From Clostridia bacterium (GTDB taxonomy: Bacteria > Bacillota > Clostridia > Oscillospirales > CAG-272), in the NCBI GenBank assembly GCA_017556745.1, contig JAFYMF010000010.1:21229-85228 (forward strand): a DNA stretch of 64,000 nt. Reading direction: 5' to 3'. Positions 57,386 through 64,000 of this stretch are shown one piece after another. The notes beneath the pieces are model-generated. The model searched no databases, was not told where the DNA came from, and saw only the letters and a program-made list of their open reading frames with translations. The position numbers were made by a program, and so were the translations under genes. Positions within the stretch are counted from its first letter, which is position 1. Each line of letters begins with the position of its first letter.

Positions 57386-58132
57386 ATGGAAAAAATTAGA
57401 CTTCAAAAATATTTTACTGACTGTGGCGTTATGTCCCGTCGTCGAGCTGAAAAAGAAATTGCCGACGGTAATGTTAAGGTCAATGGCGAGGTTGCTGTTG
57501 TAGGACAGACTGTGATTCAGGATGTTGATACCGTGGAATACAATGGCAAGATCATACGTAAGTGTGACGAAGATAAAAAAATATGTATAATGCTAAACAA
57601 ACCGCGTGGTTTTATTACTTCCTTGTCTGATGACAGAGGACGTAAATGTGTTACTGAGCTTCTTCGCGATTTTCCGGAAAGAGTTTATCCGATTGGAAGA
57701 CTTGATATGTATTCAGAAGGTCTTTTGTTATTAACAAACGACGGTGAGCTTGCAAATGCACTGACACATCCAAGACACGGTGTAGCAAAGATATATCATG
57801 TAAGTACAGAGGGGATTCCCACAGATAGTCAAATGGTCGCCCTCAGAGCTCCAATGACTATTGATGGGTATTCGCTTCTGCCGGTAAAAAGTGAAATTAT
57901 AGGCCGTAGTGCCGGTAGTGCGGTTATAGAAATGCATCTTTATGAAGGCAGAAACAGGCAGATAAGAAAGATGTGTGATGCCGTTGGGATAAAGATAAGA
58001 CGGCTTAAAAGAGTTGCTATAGGTGACATTATTCTTGGTGATCTTGAAAAGGGTAAATACCGTTATTTAAGTGATTCCGAGATTGAATATTTAAAGAAAA
58101 CAGCAAAAATCGGAGGAAATGAAAATGCTTGA
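57386..58132 (+). CDS. rluB: rRNA pseudouridine synthase RluB (RsuA family, S4 domain)
   Basis: RLQKYFTDCGVMSRRRAEKEI S4, GRLDMYSEGLLLLTNDG catalytic motif, GRNRQIRKM. Confidence 0.85.
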   Translation: MEKIRLQKYFTDCGVMSRRRAEKEIADGNVKVNGEVAVVGQTVIQDVDTVEYNGKIIRKCDEDKKICIMLNKPRGFITSLSDDRGRKCVTELLRDFPERVYPIGRLDMYSEGLLLLTNDGELANALTHPRHGVAKIYHVSTEGIPTDSQMVALRAPMTIDGYSLLPVKSEIIGRSAGSAVIEMHLYEGRNRQIRKMCDAVGIKIRRLKRVAIGDIILGDLEKGKYRYLSDSEIEYLKKTAKIGGNENA

Positions 58133-58514
58133 GATTAAACCTATTGAGGATAAGGCACTCCAGGAGCAGTTATGTAATGAGGCAGGAGTAAAATATCTCC
58201 CTGATGCACTTGCTTACGTTGCGTACGTAAATACCTTTGAGGTTGGTGTTTGTCAGTTTGGCCTTAAGGGAAATACCGGTTACATATACAATTTGACTCC
58301 TATGGGAAAGCGTCCTGAGGACACAGAGGCACTCTTTATTATGGGACGTGCTGTTATGAGCTTTATGGAAAGTTGTGGCGCAGAATATGCTGATATGGAA
58401 GACACTGATGCAACCGAGGAGCGTATCAAGTTTGTTATCGGCTTCAAGCGAAACGATGAAGGGAAGTTCATCATACCGATTAAGGGTATGTTTGAGCACC
58501 ATTGCAAAAAATAA
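58125..58514 (+). CDS. hypothetical protein (129 aa)
   Basis: Starts 8 nt after GGAGG and overlaps the rluB stop; no recognisable motif. Confidence 0.5.
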   Translation: MLEIKPIEDKALQEQLCNEAGVKYLPDALAYVAYVNTFEVGVCQFGLKGNTGYIYNLTPMGKRPEDTEALFIMGRAVMSFMESCGAEYADMEDTDATEERIKFVIGFKRNDEGKFIIPIKGMFEHHCKK

Positions 58515-58532
58515 TCGAAAGATGTCGTAGTT

Positions 58533-58580
58533 AGGGCACAATTGGTAAAAATATCCAATTGTGCCCTGAAATTATTGTTT
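58533..58580 (+). terminator. intrinsic terminator before the spo0A promoter
   Basis: agggcacaattgg-taaaaatat-ccaattgtgccct then T-rich tail. Confidence 0.65.
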
Positions 58581-58601
58581 ATATTGTTTTCTTCCAAAAT
58601 C

Positions 58602-58630
58602 TTGAAATAAATGGAAAAATATGGTATTAT
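58602..58630 (+). promoter_or_regulatory. sigma-A-type promoter upstream of spo0A
   Basis: TTGAAA - 17 nt - TATTAT. Confidence 0.45.
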
Positions 58631-58668
58631 ATTTATGCTACAAAAAACTGATATGAGGAAGGAAAACA

Positions 58669-59460
58669 ATGGAACATAATACAAAAATTTTGATTGCGGA
58701 CGAAAACGAAGAACAGAGAAAAAAGTGCAGAGAAGTACTTGCATGCGGTGGTTATACAATGATAGATGAGGCATCCGACGGCGAGGAAGCCTTGATGAAG
58801 ATAGAGACACGTCATCCTGACATAGTTATTGTTGACGTATGGCTTTCGAAACTTGATGGAATCGGTGTTATCCGTCGCGCGCAAGGTCTTTCTTACGGCA
58901 GTGATAGTAAGCCTGAATTTATCGTGGTATCACTTGTTGCAAGTCAGCATATCTTTATTGAGGCATCTTCTGCCGGAGCAGCATTGTGTATTCTGAAACC
59001 TTATGATCCTACCAGTCTTTGTGATCATATAAGGGCATTGACCGAAACAAGAGAGCCTAATGTCGGAAGTATAAATCAGTCGTATTCATCATCTCAGAAT
59101 AATGCAGATATAGAAGCGCAGATAACAAAAATAATTCATCAGATAGGTGTGCCTGCCCATATTAAAGGATACCAGTATTTACGCACAGCAATAATGATGA
59201 CAATCAGGGATAATGATATCATAAATTCCGTGACAAAGGTACTCTATCCATCTGTAGCAAAGAAGTATTCTACAACAACATCGAGGGTTGAGAGAGCAAT
59301 ACGTCATGCTATTGAAGTTGCTTGGGATAGAGGCGATGTTGATACACTTAACTCATACTTTGGATATACGATACAAAATAATAGGGGTAAACCTACCAAT
59401 TCTGAGTTTATCGCTATGATAGCAGACAATCTTCGTCTTGCAAATAAAATATACAGCTAA
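58669..59460 (+). CDS. spo0A: sporulation master response regulator Spo0A
   Basis: Receiver domain ([22 protein letters not shown]) and the diagnostic Spo0A C-domain [20 protein letters not shown] ... [18 protein letters not shown] ... [15 protein letters not shown]. Confidence 0.95.
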   Translation: MEHNTKILIADENEEQRKKCREVLACGGYTMIDEASDGEEALMKIETRHPDIVIVDVWLSKLDGIGVIRRAQGLSYGSDSKPEFIVVSLVASQHIFIEASSAGAALCILKPYDPTSLCDHIRALTETREPNVGSINQSYSSSQNNADIEAQITKIIHQIGVPAHIKGYQYLRTAIMMTIRDNDIINSVTKVLYPSVAKKYSTTTSRVERAIRHAIEVAWDRGDVDTLNSYFGYTIQNNRGKPTNSEFIAMIADNLRLANKIYS

Positions 59461-59528
59461 AGTAAAAGTAGATGATAATATTAAATTTTTACAGATTTGA
59501 GATTACTGCAAAGCGATGATAGTCATAA

Positions 59529-59834
59529 CCACCGGCTAAGCCGGTGGCTTGCTCAGCCCTATAACGGCATGTTACTGGCTGGGCTGAAAGCCCACTGAAA
59601 TATCCGACACATGCAAACCTGCTCTACTGCCACAAATGTGGCGACTATCTTTAGCCTCCCTTGTGTAAAGGGAGGTGGCACGGTTTACCGTGACGGAGGA
59701 ATTGTAAAAAATGCTCTCAAACAACCCCTCAGTCAGCTTCGCTGACAGCTCCCCTTACACAGGGGAGCCTACCGCTGCGGCGGGATTGCTCAACGGCAAA
59801 AGCCTCTATGGAACCACCCGCTTAGCGGGTGGTT
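59529..59834. repeat. cluster of ~10 short GC-rich hairpins (repetitive extragenic-type element or structured RNA)
   Basis: ccaccggc-taa-gccggtgg (59529-59547); cctccctt-gtgta-aagggagg (59655-59675); cacgg-ttta-ccgtg (59679-59692); gtcagc-ttc-gctgac (59732-59746); gctcccct-tacac-aggggagc (59748-59768); aaccacccgc-tta-gcgggtggtt (59812-59834). Confidence 0.6.
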
Positions 59835-59853
59835 TTCGTGAACCAATCAAAAT

Positions 59854-59890
59854 GGAGACAAGCGAATTTTCGTTTGTCTCCATTTGTTTT
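59854..59890. terminator. intrinsic terminator shared by convergent spo0A and MBL-hydrolase genes
   Basis: ggagacaagcgaa-ttt-tcgtttgtctcc then atttgtttt. Confidence 0.7.
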
Positions 59891-59896
59891 ATGTCT

Positions 59897-60799
59897 TTAC
59901 TCTATTATTTCTATTGTATTTCCGTTACAACGAAAAGAAATATCGCCAAGCTCATCTGTACGTAATATCTTTATCCCCATATCATTTAACAGCTTTTTTA
60001 TTTCACGGTGGGGGTGTCCGTATTCGTTATCTTTACCGCAAGATATAATTGCAATATCGGGAGAAACAGCATTGATGAATTGCTCGCTGTTTGAGGTTGT
60101 TGAGCCGTGATGTCCCACTTTTAGTACATCACAATCAAGTAGTGAAATTGAGTACTTTTTTATAATCTCGTTTTCTGATAACTTCTCCGCATCACCTGTA
60201 AACATAAAAGAATTCTCAAAATATTCAAGCTTAACTACTACACTGTAGTCATTGAGTTCATCGTATTTTTTAGAGTTTGGTGCGAGAATTAACATTCTGA
60301 TGTCACCAACAGAATAAATACTTCCGGGTACTGCCTCTATTATTTCAGCATCACTTGCTTCTATTGCGTCAAGCATTTTACTGAATGTCACAGATGTATG
60401 CGTAACACCGGGCAGAATAACGTTGTTAACAGCAAATTCTTTCATTATCATATCGGCTCCGCCAATATGGTCCTCATGAGGATGGGTGAATATTGCGTAT
60501 TCGAATTTCTCTATACCGAGAGATTTTATGTATGAGCGGATATGGGACTCTGCTTCACCTGTTCCTGCATCTATGATAATATTACCTGCTTTTGACGTGA
60601 TAATAGTACAATCTCCTTGTCCTACATCAATGCTGTGAACGATTATTTCGTCGTCTGAGGGTTTTAGAGAAGGAACTAAAGGGTTTTCCTTAAAGTACGA
60701 AAATGCGGCATAAAAGATAAAAATTATTATTAAAACTATAGTTACCCAGCGGGGATATTTTTTCAGTTTTTTTAATTTTGATATATCTGATCTTGTCAT
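59897..60799 (-). CDS. membrane-anchored MBL-fold metallo-hydrolase (ComEC C-terminal-domain type)
   Basis: N-terminal TM (WVTIVLIIIFIFYAAF), DVGQGDC, HPHEDHIGG, GDAE, VGHHGS motifs; start overlaps the znuB stop. Confidence 0.8.
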   Translation of the reverse strand: MTRSDISKLKKLKKYPRWVTIVLIIIFIFYAAFSYFKENPLVPSLKPSDDEIIVHSIDVGQGDCTIITSKAGNIIIDAGTGEAESHIRSYIKSLGIEKFEYAIFTHPHEDHIGGADMIMKEFAVNNVILPGVTHTSVTFSKMLDAIEASDAEIIEAVPGSIYSVGDIRMLILAPNSKKYDELNDYSVVVKLEYFENSFMFTGDAEKLSENEIIKKYSISLLDCDVLKVGHHGSTTSNSEQFINAVSPDIAIISCGKDNEYGHPHREIKKLLNDMGIKILRTDELGDISFRCNGNTIEIIE

Positions 60800-61629
60800 G
60801 AAGCGCTCCTTCGATGTTGTAATAATTTTCTTTTAACATATGATATCAGATAAAATACAATATATGCAATAATATTAATACATACAACGGTCGCACCGGT
60901 AGGGGTTTCAAGTATATATGATGATACAAGACCTATGAAAAAGCAGGAAACAGATAAAATCGAAGAACAAATGATAACTGACTTAAAACTTTTAAAAATT
61001 CTTATTGAGGTGAGTGCAGGGAAGATGATAAGACTTGATATGAGAAGAGTTCCCATCATTCGCATTCCAACTACTACCGTTACCGCGGTAAGTACTGCAA
61101 TAAGGGAGTTATATCCTCCAGCTTTTATTCCGGTTGCTCTGGAAAAGGATTCGTCAAAGGTAACTGCAAATATTTTGTTATAAAACAATACAAAAATTAG
61201 AATAACTGAGGATGCGAGTATAGTACTGAGGACAACGTCACTGTGACTCATTGTCAGGATACTTCCGAACAGGTAGTTCGAAATATCCACAGTCATTCCG
61301 CCTGAGATGGAAACAGCAATTATACCTATTGCAAGTGATCCGGTTGAAATAATTGCAATTGCCGAGTCACCTTTAATTTTACTTGATTCGTTGAGTCTCA
61401 GCAAAAGAAAAGCGGCAACGGTAACTACAGGAAGAGCTACAGCAAGAGGTGCGATACCAAATACTGCGGCAATTGAAAGCGCACCAAATCCGACATGGGA
61501 CAGACCGTCACCGATCATGGAATATCTCTTGAGAACAAGGCTAACCCCAAGGAGAGCAGATGTGAGAGATACGAGAATTCCTACAATAAATGCTCTTAAC
61601 ATAAATGTTTCGGTGAGAAAATCAAACAT
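60796..61629 (-). CDS. znuB: metal (zinc) ABC transporter permease
   Basis: ABC-3 family polytopic protein. Start moved to ATG 61627-61629 (GGAGG 8 nt upstream), overlapping the znuC stop; the track ORF extends to 61695. Confidence 0.8.
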   Translation of the reverse strand: MFDFLTETFMLRAFIVGILVSLTSALLGVSLVLKRYSMIGDGLSHVGFGALSIAAVFGIAPLAVALPVVTVAAFLLLRLNESSKIKGDSAIAIISTGSLAIGIIAVSISGGMTVDISNYLFGSILTMSHSDVVLSTILASSVILIFVLFYNKIFAVTFDESFSRATGIKAGGYNSLIAVLTAVTVVVGMRMMGTLLISSLIIFPALTSIRIFKSFKSVIICSSILSVSCFFIGLVSSYILETPTGATVVCINIIAYIVFYLISYVKRKLLQHRRSAS

Positions 61630-62335
61630 TGTCAGATCCTCCTTCGAGTAGCTTTTTGCAGTCATTACACTCGAGATAGTGTTCCTTAGGACCAAAGAAT
61701 GAGTGATTTCGATGGAGATGAAGCATATGAGTTGCGTATTTTATTGCTGTTTTTATCTCATGTGAGACCATTATTACCGTTATGCCGTCATCACGATTGA
61801 GCTTTTCTATTATTCTGTAGAAGTCTGAAGAAACAATAGGGTCAAGTCCGGAGGTTGGTTCATCGAGTAACAGTAATTTTTTTGTGGCTGACAGTGCGCG
61901 CGCAAGTAAAACTCTTTGTTGCTGACCACCTGAAAGCTCTTTGTAACAAGCATTCTTTAAATCAGTGATCCCAAGCTTTTCCATATTCTCCTCGGCTGTT
62001 AATCTGTTCTTCTTTTTATAGAAGGGTAAAAATCCGGAAGAATTAAGTGTACCTGATAGAACAACCTCGTATACACTTGCGGGGAAATCCTTTTGAATGC
62101 CAGACTGTTGCGGAAGATAACCTATCTCGTTTTTAGATAGCCCTTCACTAAAGACTATAGAACCGTGCGAAAGAGATTTAAGACCGAGAAGGGCCCTTAT
62201 TAGTGTACTTTTTCCTGAGCCGTTTTCACCTACTACACAGAGGTAGTCTCCTTCATGAACATCAAATGACAGATCTTTAACTACCGTTCTGCTTTCGTAT
62301 GAAAGTGCTATGTTGTTGCAATTAATCAGCGGCAA
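61622..62335 (-). CDS. znuC: metal (zinc) ABC transporter ATP-binding protein
   Basis: GENGSGKST Walker A, LSGGQQQRVLLARAL signature, LLLDEPTSGLD Walker B. Confidence 0.85.
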   Translation of the reverse strand: MPLINCNNIALSYESRTVVKDLSFDVHEGDYLCVVGENGSGKSTLIRALLGLKSLSHGSIVFSEGLSKNEIGYLPQQSGIQKDFPASVYEVVLSGTLNSSGFLPFYKKKNRLTAEENMEKLGITDLKNACYKELSGGQQQRVLLARALSATKKLLLLDEPTSGLDPIVSSDFYRIIEKLNRDDGITVIMVSHEIKTAIKYATHMLHLHRNHSFFGPKEHYLECNDCKKLLEGGSDNV

Positions 62336-63278
62336 CTGAGAATGCCTCCTTGAGTGTTTTTAGATTGTTTTCCATAAGAGAGAAGTAAGTTACTCCGTTT
62401 TTGTACTCATCTGATGTAATGTTATGACAAGAATGGAGCATTACTGCTTTGGCACCGGTGTGCTCTGCGATAGCTTTTGCGGCATTACCGTTTGATGTTT
62501 CTGTGTAGAAAATAGCGGAAACTCCATAGCTCTCTGCTATTTCGATAAGATTTGATACAGTAGCAGCACTTGGTTCACTGTGCCCACCACATCCGGGAAA
62601 TGCAGAAAAGTATTCAAATCCGTATCTTTCAGCAAAATAAAGGAAAGGAAAGCGGTCACCGAATATCAAAACCTTACTCTGTATTGTTTCGACTAGTTGC
62701 GATATATCCATGTCAAGCTTTTCAAGCTTTTTGTCATAAATCGCGGCATTCGTGTGATAGTATTCTTTGCTATTCGGGTCTATCTCAGAGAGTGTGTTCC
62801 TTATTGCATTACAGATGATTCTGCAGTTATTAGGGGATGTCCAAATATGCTCGTCAAGTTGTGTACTTTTATAATCGTGATCGGAATCACCGTGATCATG
62901 ATCATTAGATTTGAGAGGAGACAAATCAATATAATCAGTCATAACAAGTGTCTGTGGCTTTTTATCTAGCGATGAAAGTATATCTTCAATATAACTATCA
63001 GATTCGCCGCCGATATATATAAAGAGATCACAGTTTTTGATATTTATAATATCCTTTGGCGTGGGTTCAAAGGAATGAGAATCACCACCTGCAGGGATAA
63101 GTGTGGTTACCGAAACACATTCTCCTCCAATAGACCGCGCAAAATCATAGAGAGGGAAAACTGTGGTGATTATCTTAAGTTTTCCGTTGTTTGCCGTGTT
63201 GCCATTTTCCGAACATCCCAAAATCGCTGAAGAAAAACAAATAATTGTTATAAGGAAAATAGAGATGAGCCTTTTCAT
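62322..63278 (-). CDS. znuA: zinc ABC transporter substrate-binding lipoprotein
   Basis: ILGCSENG lipobox, ZnuA/TroA cluster-9 fold, His/Asp-rich loop NDHDHGDSDHD. Confidence 0.85.
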   Translation of the reverse strand: MKRLISIFLITIICFSSAILGCSENGNTANNGKLKIITTVFPLYDFARSIGGECVSVTTLIPAGGDSHSFEPTPKDIINIKNCDLFIYIGGESDSYIEDILSSLDKKPQTLVMTDYIDLSPLKSNDHDHGDSDHDYKSTQLDEHIWTSPNNCRIICNAIRNTLSEIDPNSKEYYHTNAAIYDKKLEKLDMDISQLVETIQSKVLIFGDRFPFLYFAERYGFEYFSAFPGCGGHSEPSAATVSNLIEIAESYGVSAIFYTETSNGNAAKAIAEHTGAKAVMLHSCHNITSDEYKNGVTYFSLMENNLKTLKEAFSVAAD

Positions 63279-63685
63279 GTATTTTCACCCTCGAAGCAGC
63301 TGTCACATTGACCAAGAATAACAGTGTTTTTTCTGTCAATGGAGAATTTGTGATTATGACTTATATGTTCGGCAAGAAGTGACATCTCGTGGCATTCAAG
63401 ATGGAATAACTTTCCACACAGTGTACATTTCATGTGAAAATGATCGGAACATTCACCTTCTGAGAAATACTGATATAAAGGCGTTTTTACGTTTGTTGAG
63501 TATCTCTTAACTATTCCATCACGGCACAGCTCCGCCAATTGTCTGTATACTGTACTTTTGCCGGGAGCACCGTTATATGAAAAATATTTAGAAACTTCTT
63601 TTGAAGTAAACTGGTTATCTTTATTTGATTTAAAGAACTCAATAAGTGCTTTTCTCGCTGGTGTATTATACGAGGTCTTCTTCAT
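63275..63685 (-). CDS. zur: Fur-family zinc uptake regulator
   Basis: 136 aa; winged helix STVYRQLAEL, HFHMKCTLCGKLFHLEC and CDSC metal sites; first gene of the znu operon. Confidence 0.8.
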   Translation of the reverse strand: MKKTSYNTPARKALIEFFKSNKDNQFTSKEVSKYFSYNGAPGKSTVYRQLAELCRDGIVKRYSTNVKTPLYQYFSEGECSDHFHMKCTLCGKLFHLECHEMSLLAEHISHNHKFSIDRKNTVILGQCDSCFEGENT

Positions 63686-63700
63686 GCTTTACCTCCAATT

Positions 63701-63715
63701 TGAGAATGATTCTCA
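63701..63715. promoter_or_regulatory. Fur-family 7-1-7 operator (putative Zur box)
   Basis: Perfect palindrome TGAGAATGATTCTCA between the -10 box and the RBS of zur. Confidence 0.65.
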
Positions 63716-63723
63716 TTTTTATT

Positions 63724-63752
63724 ATTGTACCATTTTTAAGAAAATATGTCAA
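63724..63752 (-). promoter_or_regulatory. sigma-A-type promoter of the zur-znu operon
   Basis: Minus strand TTGACA - 17 nt - TACAAT. Confidence 0.55.
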
Positions 63753-63775
63753 TAAAAAAAGACATTCCGTTCTGT

Positions 63776-64000
63776 TGTGCCCCAAATTGTACGGACAGTA
63801 CAAAAAAGACCCCTATGGTAGAATTTATTAAATACTAAGCAACATACTGACTTCGTTTTTCAAGCGGAGTCAGTTTTGTTTTAGTTTGGATACGATCGTT
63901 GTTGTAGAAGCGAATGTACTCACCTATGAGGAGGCGAGCCTCCTCATAGGTTTTCAGCTTCACGCGGTAAATACACTCGGTTTTGAGAATCGAGAAGAAA
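63776..64000 (-). mobile_element. right end of an IS3-family (IS150-like) insertion sequence, continuing beyond the window
   Basis: Transposase C-terminus plus terminal sequence TGTGCCCCAAATTGTACGGACAGTACA, which resembles IS3/IS150-type inverted repeats beginning with TG. Confidence 0.55.
63835..64000 (-). CDS. IS3-family transposase (OrfB, integrase core), C-terminal 54 codons only
   Basis: Reverse translation ...FSILKTECIYRVKLKTYEEARLLIGEYIRFYNNDRIQTKTKLTPLEKRSQYVA* matches the conserved rve-domain tail (FYNxxRxQxxLxxxTPxE). Confidence 0.75.
   Translation of the reverse strand, partial: FFSILKTECIYRVKLKTYEEARLLIGEYIRFYNNDRIQTKTKLTPLEKRSQYVA

Noticed and set aside
59529-59834. Possible CRISPR array
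   Set aside because: The hairpins differ in sequence, are not regularly spaced, have no uniform spacers, and no cas genes are nearby.
59711-60110. ORFs 59711-59965 and 59829-60110 in the hairpin cluster
   Set aside because: These reading frames are created by GC-rich hairpin repeats (peptides such as SFADSSPYTGEP). They have no RBS and overlap the terminator and the MBL gene on the opposite strand.

Overview
This is a 64-kb chromosomal segment from an anaerobic, spore-forming Firmicute of class Clostridia. Gene content suggests an Oscillospiraceae/Ruminococcaceae-like gut or rumen organism, but that is inference only. It holds about 60 densely packed protein genes. I saw no rRNA, tRNA or CRISPR array by eye.

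Housekeeping blocks:
- A [FeFe]-hydrogenase maturation operon (TM1266-like regulator, hydE, hydG, hydF), followed by mscL.
- purL, mtaB, upp, an RluA-family synthase and lnt.
- lon, engB, lysA, an M50 protease, scpA, scpB, ytfI/ytfJ-like sporulation genes, a D-Ala-D-Ala carboxypeptidase, rluB and spo0A.
- A zur-znuA-znuC-znuB operon that ends in a ComEC-type MBL hydrolase.
- A yybP-ykoY Mn riboswitch in front of mntP and a P-type cation ATPase.

Accessory content:
- At least seven lipoproteins or anchored surface proteins of unknown function. Two are paralogs and one is an internally duplicated 920-aa protein next to an AraC regulator.
- A membrane-anchored heparinase II/III-like protein.
- A tight MATE / PLP-enzyme / MATE / HD / HAD five-gene cluster.
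- A partner-switching pair with no sigma factor, joined to an XRE regulator and two HxxxD acyltransferase paralogs.
- Decay products: two frameshifted secreted-protein genes and a 150-bp relic of a second P-type ATPase.
- The end of an IS3-family element at the right edge.

No recognisable defence, toxin or secondary-metabolite system is present. The best candidates for something undescribed are:
- (i) a 300-nt cluster of about ten short GC-rich hairpins in the convergent gap after spo0A;
- (ii) a promoter + 125-nt leader + intrinsic terminator directly in front of the hydrogenase maturation operon, whose first gene is an ACT-like regulator with no DNA-binding domain;
- (iii) a stand-alone 130-nt RNA with its own promoter and terminator upstream of lon;
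- (iv) the sigma-less partner-switching/XRE/acyltransferase locus.

All calls rest on reading the sequence and the ORF translations. No database searches were run.
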